Shown here: positions 14,486-22,518 of the stretch, piece after piece
How the letters are laid out: each line of letters opens with the position of its first letter
Numbering within the stretch: position 1 is the first letter of the stretch
NCBI GenBank assembly: GCA_003517845.1
Contig: DOZU01000239.1
Coordinates: 1 to 34,175, forward strand
Reading direction: 5' to 3'
Length of the DNA: 34,175 nucleotides
From: Clostridiales bacterium
GTDB lineage: Bacteria > Bacillota > Sulfobacillia > UBA995
Translations under genes and position numbers: made by a program
Notes under the pieces: model-generated
What the model was told of the DNA's origin: nothing
Databases searched by the model: none
What the model saw: only the letters and a program-made list of their open reading frames with translations

Positions 14486-14495
14486 CCGGGGAAGC

Positions 14496-16028
14496 CTAAC
14501 GGGACCCCGCCAAAGCCTCCAGCATTTCTTCAAGAGGCTGCTGGTCGGATCCCGTGACCTGCCAGGTCCGGTCGGCGAAGGCGGCCGTGCCGCCAGGATG
14601 GTCGCCCACCCCGAAGGCAAATACGGACACGCCAGACGCGGCTTTCCAGGACTGAAAGTCCTCGAGAAAGTCGTCCGGCAAGGCGCATTCGCCGTCGGTC
14701 ACAAACAGGATGTCCGCCCGCCGGAAGGCGGGCGAGTCGGAGATTATTTGCCGCGCCCGGGCGAGCGGCGCGGCGAAGCTGGTGCCGCCGCGCCAGCCGA
14801 AGGACATGAAGTCCTCCAGCCGGGCGGGGTCGACCCCCCGGCGCCAGAAGTACTCGCGCGGGAGGTTGGCGTCGGCGCCGAACAGCAGGGACCACCAGGC
14901 CCGCCGCTCGCGGCCACATAACATGGCCATGCCCAGGCCGAGTGCCTTGGCCCAGGCAAGGCGCGACAGGCCGGCGGGACCGGGCTCGATCATGGACCCG
15001 CTGGTGTCAATGCAGACCACCACGGGGCCTTGGCCGAGCGTCTGCCGCTCTCTCACCGCATACTGGGTGAGGGAGCCCTCGGCGTAGCGCCGGCGGAACT
15101 CGCGCCGCAGCACCGGATGGCGCAGGAGCACGAGTTCGGCGGGAAGCACCCGGGCCAGGTCGCGGCCAAGTTCCAGGGAGTAGATCTCCCCGGAGCTTGA
15201 ATGCAGGATCTGCCGCCGTTTGGTCAGGCCCAGCCGGAAGATCCGGCCGGCCTGCCGCAAAGCGGCGCGCAGATCCTGGTCCTTGACCAGGTGCGCAGCC
15301 AAGGCGAGCCCTGCGCGGGCCGCCTCGGGATCGTGCCCGCCGGGGCCAGGGGACAGACCCCAGCCAGCAACCAACCGGGCGTCCTCGGCCGCGTCGGAGA
15401 CGGCCTGGCGAAGCCCCGCCCTTACGCCCCGGCCAGGCTGGCGCAGCGCTTGCTGCAGGGCCTGAACCGCGGCGCTATCGGCGGCAGCAGAGACTGCAGC
15501 GGCAGCGGCGGCCTCTTGCTCGGCCGCCTGGTACTGCTGCTGCAGGTCTTGCTGGGCGCCGTCGGGCAACTGCTCGTTCAGAAGGCCGGCCAAGCTATCG
15601 GCGTGACCGGCGGTCTGCTCAGCGGTCTCGGCGGCCTGGGCGGCCGCTTGCGAGGCGTGCTTGACTTCGTCCGGCAGCGCGTCGAGGACGCGCGGCAGGA
15701 CGCCGATAGCGGCCATGGCGGCCGCCCATTCGTCCAGTGAGGCAGCTGCGCGCAGCTCGGCCCATTCCGGGTAGCGGCGCAGCTCGGCGAGCAGCGACGC
15801 TACCGCGGCAAGGCCGGCTGCGGGCTGGGCGACGTCTTCCGGCATGAACTTGAAGCAATCGGCCCAGGTGTCCTGGGCCAAGGTGCCGCCGGAAGGGTCG
15901 CCCAGGGCCGCCTGAGCGCGGTCGACTACCGAGGCCAACTCGGGGCTGGCCTCGGTGGTATCCCGAAAGCAGCGACGGTCAAACCCGTCCGTCGCTACGA
16001 CGCCTGAGGGGAAGATGCGCCGCCTCAC
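14496..16028 (-). CDS. ViaA-like von Willebrand factor A (VWA) domain protein
   Basis: GTG 16028 overlaps the AAA+ gene stop (GTGA). C-terminal VWA domain with MIDAS VVVCIDTSGSM. Long Ala/Gln-rich helical N-terminal part. Gene order AAA+ then VWA matches ravA-viaA. Confidence 0.85.
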   Translation of the reverse strand: MRRRIFPSGVVATDGFDRRCFRDTTEASPELASVVDRAQAALGDPSGGTLAQDTWADCFKFMPEDVAQPAAGLAAVASLLAELRRYPEWAELRAAASLDEWAAAMAAIGVLPRVLDALPDEVKHASQAAAQAAETAEQTAGHADSLAGLLNEQLPDGAQQDLQQQYQAAEQEAAAAAAVSAAADSAAVQALQQALRQPGRGVRAGLRQAVSDAAEDARLVAGWGLSPGPGGHDPEAARAGLALAAHLVKDQDLRAALRQAGRIFRLGLTKRRQILHSSSGEIYSLELGRDLARVLPAELVLLRHPVLRREFRRRYAEGSLTQYAVRERQTLGQGPVVVCIDTSGSMIEPGPAGLSRLAWAKALGLGMAMLCGRERRAWWSLLFGADANLPREYFWRRGVDPARLEDFMSFGWRGGTSFAAPLARARQIISDSPAFRRADILFVTDGECALPDDFLEDFQSWKAASGVSVFAFGVGDHPGGTAAFADRTWQVTGSDQQPLEEMLEALAGSR

Positions 16029-17200
16029 GACGGCTTCACCCCCAAGACGTCGGCGAGCAGCCGGCGCAGGAGTTCGTCAACGCGCCCCTGGGAGGCGGCG
16101 CGCTGGGGCTCGAGCGAGCCGGGCAATTGCAGCCCGACCAGGCTCCCCTGGAGGCGGCGCAGCTTGGCGTGTGCCTCGACGGCGAGCTTGGAGGCTTTCG
16201 TGCGCGCCTCGGCGTCGCCGGAGACGGCCGCGGCGTGGGCCTCCAAGGCGGGAATGGCAGCCTCTTCGGCCTCTTCGGTCGCCTGGAGCAGCCGCTCCCG
16301 CAAGGGATCGGCTACCCGCCGGACCACGCCGACTACGGCGGGGCGCTGCTCGGGGGTATCCCAGAGAGCGTCGACGAGGACGTCGCCGTCGCGCTCAAGG
16401 TCGATGGCCGGGGCGCCTGCAAGCCAGGCGGCGGCCCGCAGGATCTCGACCGACCACCGCCAGCGGCGGTCGGAGGGAATGATGCCCTCCTGGCGCAGCG
16501 CCCGGCGAAGATCGGCCAGGGACGCCGCTACGGCCGGAGGGACCTCGACCTGCGCGGACTCGGCGCGGGCCTGGGCGAGGTCGCCCAGGCTCAAGCACAC
16601 CGGGTCCGGCAAGTCCCCTCCGGGATCGAGAGGGCGGCTGAGCAGCCGGGAGAAACTTGCGTCCTCCCGGATGTAGCCGACTGTGTGCCGGAGGGGCACC
16701 CGGTCGACCAGCGCCGCGAGTTCGCGGGCCTCGTCGCCCTCGGGCATCTCTGTCGAGGCCAGAAACGCCGTCCACAGCGGGACGGCGTCAAGCCGGCCGT
16801 CGTTTGCGAACAGCCGCTCGTTGAGGATCGCGAGCAGGCTGTTCAGGACGGCCGGGCTGGCCTTGGACCACTCGTCGATGAAGGCCAGGTCCGCCTCGGG
16901 GAGACGGCCGGCGGTGACGCGTTCGTAGCGGCCTTGCTCCAGAGCCGGCAAGCTCACCGGCCCGAAAAGCTCTTCGGGCACGGTGAATCGGCCTAACACG
17001 ACCTGATATAGCCGGGCGCCGCCGATGGCGGCGGTTACGGCCCGAGCAAGCTCGGACTTGGCCGTGCCCGGCGGGCCCAGCAAGAGCAAGTGCTGGCGAG
17101 ATATGAGCGCCAGCACCACGCCACGCAGCACGCCATCCCGCTCATAGAAGCGGGCGGCGAGCTGGCGGACAAGCGCGTCGAATTTTGGTCTAAGGTCCAT
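16025..17200 (-). CDS. MoxR-class AAA+ ATPase, RavA-like
   Basis: ATG 17200 lies behind GGAGGTG. Walker A LLLLGPPGTAKS. ...RFTVPEELFGPVSLPALEQGRYERVTAGRLPEADLAFIDEWSKASPAVLNSLLAILNER tracks the E. coli RavA core almost motif for motif, as recalled from memory. Confidence 0.9.
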   Translation of the reverse strand: MDLRPKFDALVRQLAARFYERDGVLRGVVLALISRQHLLLLGPPGTAKSELARAVTAAIGGARLYQVVLGRFTVPEELFGPVSLPALEQGRYERVTAGRLPEADLAFIDEWSKASPAVLNSLLAILNERLFANDGRLDAVPLWTAFLASTEMPEGDEARELAALVDRVPLRHTVGYIREDASFSRLLSRPLDPGGDLPDPVCLSLGDLAQARAESAQVEVPPAVAASLADLRRALRQEGIIPSDRRWRWSVEILRAAAWLAGAPAIDLERDGDVLVDALWDTPEQRPAVVGVVRRVADPLRERLLQATEEAEEAAIPALEAHAAAVSGDAEARTKASKLAVEAHAKLRRLQGSLVGLQLPGSLEPQRAASQGRVDELLRRLLADVLGVKPS

Positions 17201-17302
17201 CAAGCACCTCCGGGCCGCCCGGGAGGGGCGGCCGCGCGGCCAACAGACCCGGCGCAAAGAGGACGGAGCCTCCGCGCCGGGCCGCTTTGCGACCGGGGCC
17301 GG

Positions 17303-18244
17303 TCAAGCGCCGGCAGCATCCAGCGCCTGGACGACGGCGTCCCGCACGAGGCGGGCACCTTGGGCGAGATCGAAGAGATCCTGAGAGAGGACCTCTTCGT
17401 AGCTCGCGATCAGGGCCAGCACGGCCTGGGCCTCGCCGACGAGCGTGCTCAGGGCACGCTTGCCGGGCTCTTCGGCCAGGCCGGCCCGAAGGCCGGCGAG
17501 CAGGCGGGCCACGTCGTCCGCGACGGCGTCGCGGATGGTGGCCCGGGCGCCTTTCGTGTCCACCACCGGAAAGGAGGCCCAGGAAGCTTTCAAGGCTTCC
17601 TCTTGGGCCAGGGCACCGAGCCGCGCGAGTTCGTCGGCGTGCTCGGCGGGAACGAAATACACCCCCCCGGACACGCGGACGAGCACGGAGTGCAGCTCCA
17701 AGAGATACCGGCGGAACAGGCTCCGCAGAGCCTCCGCCTGATACAACCGGCGGAAGCGAGCGTAAAGCTCCTCCGCTTGCAGGCAAGCGGCCTGCACGGT
17801 CTCCCAGCCTTCGGAGTCGTAAACCCGAAGGCTCGTTGCGACCGCCGGGCCGGACGCCTGGTGGATCAGGTCGGCCGCCGGGGAGTACTCCAGGCGGCGG
17901 TTCCGGGAGTCGACAACCTCCCGGACGACCTGCCGGTAGCAGTCCCCGGCGGCGTCGACTCCTACTTCCCGCACCAGCAGGTTCATGTACCTGCCGCCGG
18001 GAAGGGCGATCCGCGACCGCTGTACGGCCGCGGTAGCCCGCCGGAAAGCATCGACGGGCTCGATGGCGCGAGGCAGAAGCGCCTCGCGGAGGGCGTGCCG
18101 GGCGAACCCGCCCATGAGGTCGTCCCGGCTTATCTCGACCTGACCTGGAACGGTGAACCAGGTCAGGTGGCCCAAGACCTCCTGGGGAGCGGCGGACGGA
18201 AAAACAGCGGCTTTTCCGTCCAGGGGCTTCGGAAGGGCGTTCAT
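17303..18244 (-). CDS. Hypothetical protein (313 aa) preceding the AAA+/VWA pair
   Basis: Lies within ORF 17303..18313. Start moved to ATG 18244 behind AAAGGAGG. Balanced composition (MNALPKPLDGKAAVFPSAAPQEVLGHLTWFTVPGQVEISRDDLMGGF...VYFVPAEHADEL...). No family recognised. Confidence 0.75.
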   Translation of the reverse strand: MNALPKPLDGKAAVFPSAAPQEVLGHLTWFTVPGQVEISRDDLMGGFARHALREALLPRAIEPVDAFRRATAAVQRSRIALPGGRYMNLLVREVGVDAAGDCYRQVVREVVDSRNRRLEYSPAADLIHQASGPAVATSLRVYDSEGWETVQAACLQAEELYARFRRLYQAEALRSLFRRYLLELHSVLVRVSGGVYFVPAEHADELARLGALAQEEALKASWASFPVVDTKGARATIRDAVADDVARLLAGLRAGLAEEPGKRALSTLVGEAQAVLALIASYEEVLSQDLFDLAQGARLVRDAVVQALDAAGA

Positions 18245-18365
18245 GCACGCCCCTCCTTTCATGGGACAAACAGCGGCCGCCGCCCAAGAACAGACGGCGG
18301 CCGCACATCGCAACCGGCGCAGAGGGAAATACCAGCCTTGCGCGCCGGCCTCTCCCCCGTCCAGT

Positions 18366-18620
18366 TCAGGCTCCCCGGGGGAGCCTGTACGCCACGACTG
18401 GATACTGCCCCGGGGGGGTCAGTACCCGGAGGTCTTCGTAGCCGGCACTGCCAAGTTCGGCGGCGCGGTCCAACGCGCGGTCCAACGCGCCCGGATCGGG
18501 CGGGACCTGGCGGACGCGCCGGCGGAGCCGGATGGGCTCCGGCACGGCGCGGAGTGCCGCGGGGACATTGAGCATCTCGCGGATGGTCCATCCGCGAGAG
18601 GGGGCGAACACAGCAGACAT
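18366..18620 (-). CDS. Hypothetical protein (84 aa)
   Basis: ATG 18620 lies 8 nt behind AGGAGG. Product MSAVFAPSRGWTIREMLNVPAALRAVPEPIRL... Confidence 0.55.
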   Translation of the reverse strand: MSAVFAPSRGWTIREMLNVPAALRAVPEPIRLRRRVRQVPPDPGALDRALDRAAELGSAGYEDLRVLTPPGQYPVVAYRLPRGA

Positions 18621-18702
18621 TTCGCTGACCTCCTGAAGGGGCGAGGACGAGGCCCCGCCCCTTGATTTTTTCTTGCCGGGCCCGGGGCCGGGCCCGGGGT
18701 TA

Positions 18703-18810
18703 CTACTGGTCGAACATCCAGGTTCGCACGAAGATTACGAGCCTGGGTCCGAGAACACACATTAGTGCTGGGCCGAAAACGCCCAGCACCAGCGCGGCGA
18801 TCCCTTCCAT
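18703..18810 (-). CDS. Possible 35-aa hydrophobic membrane peptide
   Basis: ATG 18810 lies behind AAGGGGAG. Product MEGIAALVLGVFGPALMCVLGPRLVIFVRTWMFDQ*. Below the ORF-track cutoff. Confidence 0.3.
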   Translation of the reverse strand: MEGIAALVLGVFGPALMCVLGPRLVIFVRTWMFDQ

Positions 18811-18922
18811 TTTGACGGCTCCCCTTTCCGGGGAGACCGGCGGGACTGGACAGACCCGCCCTGCCTCCCCTGTCAACTCCCGGCGCAGGACGCGCCGGAT
18901 GCAGAGGCGGAGACAGGACGGG

Positions 18923-19462
18923 TCAGTAGGTCGCCGCCGGAGTGCAGACGGCGGGACCGCCCCGGGCCCGGAGCCGGCACGCTTCGAGGCGTGCCGACCC
19001 GGGATAGAGAGTGAGGTTGCCCATCGCCCGGGCGGCGACGGGCTTTATGTCGTCGGCGTCGCCGGCGGGGGAACCGCCGACGGGCTGCCATCCGGGTCCG
19101 ACCACCCGGAACTCCCGGAAGAGTTCCAGGCGGGTGCCCGGGGGGAACAGCCCGGCGTACCAGCCGCCCCGCCGGCACACCCAAAGGGTGCCGGCCGGGG
19201 TCTCAAGGACACGACCCTTGGCGCAGATGAAAAGCGCCTGGGGCCAAGTTCCGGCCGGCGCCGGGGCCAGCCGGAACCGCACGGGGCCGCCGGGCTCGGC
19301 TCGCCAGCCCCGGAGGAAGAACACTCCGGGGTGGGCCGGCGCGGAGCCCTCAAAGAGCAGCTCCACGTTGGCCCGGGTGAACCGGAGCCGGCCGCGGGGA
19401 CGCTCGACGATGTCCGGCCGGGCGAAGACCCGGTCGGACACCTCGACCGCAAAATCGGACAT
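18923..19462 (-). CDS. Hypothetical protein (179 aa), first gene after leader copy B
   Basis: ATG 19462 lies 6 nt behind GGGAGGTG, which is the 3' end of the leader. Product MSDFAVEVSDRVFARPDIVERPRGRLRFTRANVELLFEG... looks beta-rich. No family recognised. Confidence 0.65.
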   Translation of the reverse strand: MSDFAVEVSDRVFARPDIVERPRGRLRFTRANVELLFEGSAPAHPGVFFLRGWRAEPGGPVRFRLAPAPAGTWPQALFICAKGRVLETPAGTLWVCRRGGWYAGLFPPGTRLELFREFRVVGPGWQPVGGSPAGDADDIKPVAARAMGNLTLYPGSARLEACRLRARGGPAVCTPAATY

Positions 19463-19470
19463 CAAACCCA

Positions 19471-19628
19471 CCTCCCGCGCCCCTCAGGGGCGCTTGATAT
19501 TGCCCCTCGGGAAAAGGCGCGGGAGCACCGCGCGGGTTTTCCGGGGGGCCCTGTTGGAAGCTGACACAGGACCGGGTTAGAACCCCCGGAAACCCGCGCG
19601 CCAGCATACAACGGCTTATGGCACGCGG
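19471..19628 (-). promoter_or_regulatory. Conserved structured 5' leader / regulatory RNA element, copy B (upstream of the accessory operon)
   Basis: Second copy of 10546..10704. It differs only by one base in the CCCCU-N-AGGGG apex and by a 6-7-nt patch (GGGUUCUAACCC vs GGGUCUUUAUCCC) between the outer and inner helices. Confidence 0.55.
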
Positions 19629-19639
19629 GAAAGAACGCA

Positions 19640-19723
19640 AAATGCTCAAAAGGCTTGACCAAGAAAGGGCCGCCGCAAGCCCCCGGCTTCAGACACAGGG
19701 ATAAGGCGGCCTTTTCTTGGTCA
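19640..19723 (-). terminator. Long hairpin plus U-rich tail ending the upstream operon
   Basis: 19-nt arms TGACCAAGAAAAGGCCGCC / GGCGGCCCTTTCTTGGTCA (one mismatch) around a 30-nt insert, followed in RNA sense by AGCCUUUUGAGCAUUUUGCGUUCUUUCC. Confidence 0.5.
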
Positions 19724-19786
19724 GCCCGAGACCACACAGGAGGAGGAGAGCGGTCCGGGGCCGAAGGGCCCGCTCCGGCAAGGCCG

Positions 19787-20551
19787 TCAGCTTGAAGCGA
19801 GGCGGACGGGCTCAAGGCCGCGGCTGACGGGCCGCCAGAACTCGGCCCGGCCGTGAAATAGCGGGCCGTCCCAGGTCAGGCGGATCTCCATGCCGGATAC
19901 GCGGACCACACGGCCGAGTTCTTCGGCTTGTTCGCGGGAGCCGGCTACCAGGACGAGCACCGAGGCGATATCGGCGGAAAGACGCGCCGCGTCACGCGCC
20001 CAGTCGAGTTCGCCAGGCCACAGCCGGGCGACGAGGACGCCGAAAGGGGCGCCGGCGGAAAAGATGGCGGTCAGGCCGCCGCCGGGCTCGATCTGCACGG
20101 GAAACGGACCCCAAAGACGCCATAGCAGCATATAAAGCTGTGAGGAGGCGGCCAGACGCAAGGCGCGCAAGGGCTCCCAATCCTCGACAACGGGAGGGCC
20201 GCCCATGAGGCGGCGGCCGCACGGGCCTTCGACGTAAAGCGAGGGGATGCGGCTTGAGAGAAAGTCCAGCCGATCGGCTAAACCGCCCCGGCACATGCGC
20301 CGGAGGAGGTCGCGGACGGAGTGCACGCCTACCCCCGCCAGCTCGCCTAGCTGAGCACCGGACATGCACCGGAACCGGCGCAGGAGGCTTAATGCGGCTG
20401 CATCCGCTTCGGACACCAAAGGGCCGGGAGGCGCGAAGGCGGCCGCAGACGTGTTGGAAATTACGCGCCGAAGATGGATGCAACCGGCGGGATCGCCGCT
20501 CCAAGGGCCCCGGCCGGAAGCACGCCTCAGCGCTTCAACAGGGGTTCCCAC
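19787..20551 (-). CDS. Winged-helix protein, replication-relaxation-family-like
   Basis: GTG 20551 lies 6 nt behind GGAGGT. The N-terminal segment AALSLLRRFRCMSGAQLGELAGVGVHSVRDLLRRMCRGGLADRLDF looks like a wHTH of the Replic_Relax type. The remainder is unassigned. Confidence 0.5.
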   Translation of the reverse strand: MGTPVEALRRASGRGPWSGDPAGCIHLRRVISNTSAAAFAPPGPLVSEADAAALSLLRRFRCMSGAQLGELAGVGVHSVRDLLRRMCRGGLADRLDFLSSRIPSLYVEGPCGRRLMGGPPVVEDWEPLRALRLAASSQLYMLLWRLWGPFPVQIEPGGGLTAIFSAGAPFGVLVARLWPGELDWARDAARLSADIASVLVLVAGSREQAEELGRVVRVSGMEIRLTWDGPLFHGRAEFWRPVSRGLEPVRLASS

Positions 20552-21540
20552 GCGAAGACCTCCAACACGCGGAGCCCCATTCGCCGCTGGGACGGGTCAA
20601 GCCGCGTCACCAGAACGAGAACTTCGGCTCCGGGGATCAAGGACTGGGGGCCGGGACGCGGAGCATAGCCGGTGAGGCCGCCATCAAGCTCCACGAGATA
20701 TCCTTTGGTGGAAATCGCGCAGGCCACCCGGCCGCGATGCTTGGTGCCGGGCGGGTATAGCTCGCCGGCGCGATCCCAGGGGTCGGGCAAGAGCGGCCGC
20801 AGCGAGAGACGCAGAAATTCTTTTTCGCGGCACGCCGCTAGCACGGCGAGCTTCAAGGAGGCGCCGCGCCGGACGTAAGCGAGCTGCCGGGCGTCGGGCG
20901 CGTGCGACCAAGTCATCTCTTCAACGGGCAGCCATCCGACCAGGCCGCCGACTTCCACGCCGGCGCCGCGGCGGGAGACCCAGCGCACGCAGCCTACTAC
21001 CACGGGCGCTTCGGCGCGCTCTTGCCGGCGAAGTTCGTCTATGCGCGCCCGCAATTCGTCGGTTTCAGGCGATTTGCCGCCGTTTTCGGAGGCGATCTCC
21101 CTCAGGCGGCCGAGTGCCTGGCGAAGCTCTTCTTGGAGGACGCCGTGGCCGGCGGCTGCGGGCTCCAAAGCTTGCCAGGTGGCGGGGATGAGTTCTTCCA
21201 AGGCTTCCCGGCGCGAGAGCTGCACCTGGCCGAGCGCTCGGTCAACAGACTTGATCCGGACGAATACGGACCAGCCGATCATCTCATCGATCCGGCGGGG
21301 ACGCGGATGCCCGATCTCTCCTTCGGGGAGGTGCCCGATCACGCCGGCGCCGAACGACACGCGCAGACGGCGGCGGCCGGTGGCGGGATCGACATCGCAG
21401 CCGCTCACATCCACCCGCAAGGGCTTGCCGGACTCCAAGGCGGCCTTGAGACGACCGTAAACCTCGGCGGACTGCGCGACGCCGAGATCGACTGCAGGCC
21501 GGTGACGCACGCCTTCGTTGCGGAGCTTTACCAAGCGCAC
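20527..21540 (-). CDS. Protein with three S1-like RNA-binding (OB) domains and a central coiled-coil
   Basis: GTG 21540 lies behind AAAGGAGG. S1-type segments: RVSFGAGVIGHLPEGEIGH, GCVRWVSRRGAGVEVGGLVGWLPVEEMTW, GRVACAISTKGYLVELDGGLTGYAP. Confidence 0.7.
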   Translation of the reverse strand: MRLVKLRNEGVRHRPAVDLGVAQSAEVYGRLKAALESGKPLRVDVSGCDVDPATGRRRLRVSFGAGVIGHLPEGEIGHPRPRRIDEMIGWSVFVRIKSVDRALGQVQLSRREALEELIPATWQALEPAAAGHGVLQEELRQALGRLREIASENGGKSPETDELRARIDELRRQERAEAPVVVGCVRWVSRRGAGVEVGGLVGWLPVEEMTWSHAPDARQLAYVRRGASLKLAVLAACREKEFLRLSLRPLLPDPWDRAGELYPPGTKHRGRVACAISTKGYLVELDGGLTGYAPRPGPQSLIPGAEVLVLVTRLDPSQRRMGLRVLEVFAWEPLLKR

Positions 21541-21561
21541 GAGGATCGTCCTCCTTTTGGA

Positions 21562-21906
21562 CTAAGACACGTTCCGCCGGAGAGCGACGGGACGCTGCTG
21601 GCTGCCGGCGCAGGTCTCCAGGACGAGCGCAGGCACGGGAAGGGGTTTCCGGGGCTGAGGGCCCCGAGCACCGCGGCGGCGCGGAAACTGCCAACGGGAC
21701 GGCACGAGGGCGGGCTTCAGGATTACGGGTTCGGTAGAGACGCGGTAGACGAGGCCCGGCCAACAATCAACGAGCGAGGACACATAACGGTCCAAGTGCT
21801 CGGGATCACGATAGCCGGTGGAACAGCCGGCGAGGACTTCGACCCAGCGCAGCTCGCCGTTTACGGGCTTGAAGACGTACTGGTCGGCCCAATACACGTA
21901 AAGCAT
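21562..21906 (-). CDS. Hypothetical protein (114 aa)
   Basis: ATG 21906 lies behind AAAGGGTGA. Product MLYVYWADQYVFKPVNGELRWVEVLAGCSTGYRDPEHLDRYVSSLVDCWPGLVYRV... has normal composition in its first ~70 aa. Confidence 0.55.
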   Translation of the reverse strand: MLYVYWADQYVFKPVNGELRWVEVLAGCSTGYRDPEHLDRYVSSLVDCWPGLVYRVSTEPVILKPALVPSRWQFPRRRGARGPQPRKPLPVPALVLETCAGSQQRPVALRRNVS

Positions 21907-21912
21907 GACATG

Positions 21913-22518
21913 TCACCCTTTTTCTGGTTCATCATTGCTACAGTGCCACACGCGCTGCTCGCCGAGCGAGTGCTCGAGAGAATGGGTTATCGCGCAGGTC
22001 CACAGGCCGAAGGCGTCGGCAAGATACACGGCGGGCACGTGGTGGGCGTAAGCTTCGGCCAGGCCGACCGCAAGCCAGAGGGGCGCGAGACCGGGCAGAA
22101 AAACGGCCCGGCCAGCTCCCACGTCGGGCGGGACCAATAGGGACAAGGACACAAAACGCGGCCGGTCGGGACACACAAGCGCGCCGGGGGGACCGAAGAA
22201 CACCCGCCAGCCCAAAGGGCCGCCGCCAAAGCCGGACGGAGGAGGACAGGCCAAAAGCGCGCGCCTGGGGATCAGGCCGGGCCAGGCTAGCCGAACGGGC
22301 CGGGGACGGAAAGCGTGCGCGAGCACGGCCACGAGCCACGCGGGCGCGGGCTCGTCGATTACCAGCAGGATGCTGGCAGCGTCAGGGGCGCACTGGAAAG
22401 CACGCCGGCGCAGAGGCTCGGCCAAGCCCGCCGGGAAGAACGCGGCGGGCCCGCGGCCGCAGTCGCGGACGAGACGGGAAACATGGACGACGCTCTGCCG
22501 GCTAGACACCGGCTTCAC
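21913..22518 (-). CDS. Hypothetical protein (~200 aa), possibly membrane-associated
   Basis: Lies within ORF 21913..22668. The start is placed at GTG 22518, just after the NERD gene stop, and is uncertain because the SD is weak. The C-terminal part has high-GC3 codons and diverse residues (...VFLPGLAPLWLAVGLAEAYAHHVPAVYLADAFGLWTCAITHSLEHSLGEQRVWHCSNDEPEKG). Confidence 0.5.
   Translation of the reverse strand: MKPVSSRQSVVHVSRLVRDCGRGPAAFFPAGLAEPLRRRAFQCAPDAASILLVIDEPAPAWLVAVLAHAFRPRPVRLAWPGLIPRRALLACPPPSGFGGGPLGWRVFFGPPGALVCPDRPRFVSLSLLVPPDVGAGRAVFLPGLAPLWLAVGLAEAYAHHVPAVYLADAFGLWTCAITHSLEHSLGEQRVWHCSNDEPEKG

Noticed and set aside
18638-18673. A hairpin GGGGCG...CGCCCC followed by TTGATTTTTTCTT on the plus strand, looking like a plus-strand intrinsic terminator.
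   Set aside because: No credible plus-strand gene lies upstream. On the minus (coding) strand the run reads as A-rich after the hairpin. It may stop antisense transcription, but I cannot support calling it a functional terminator.
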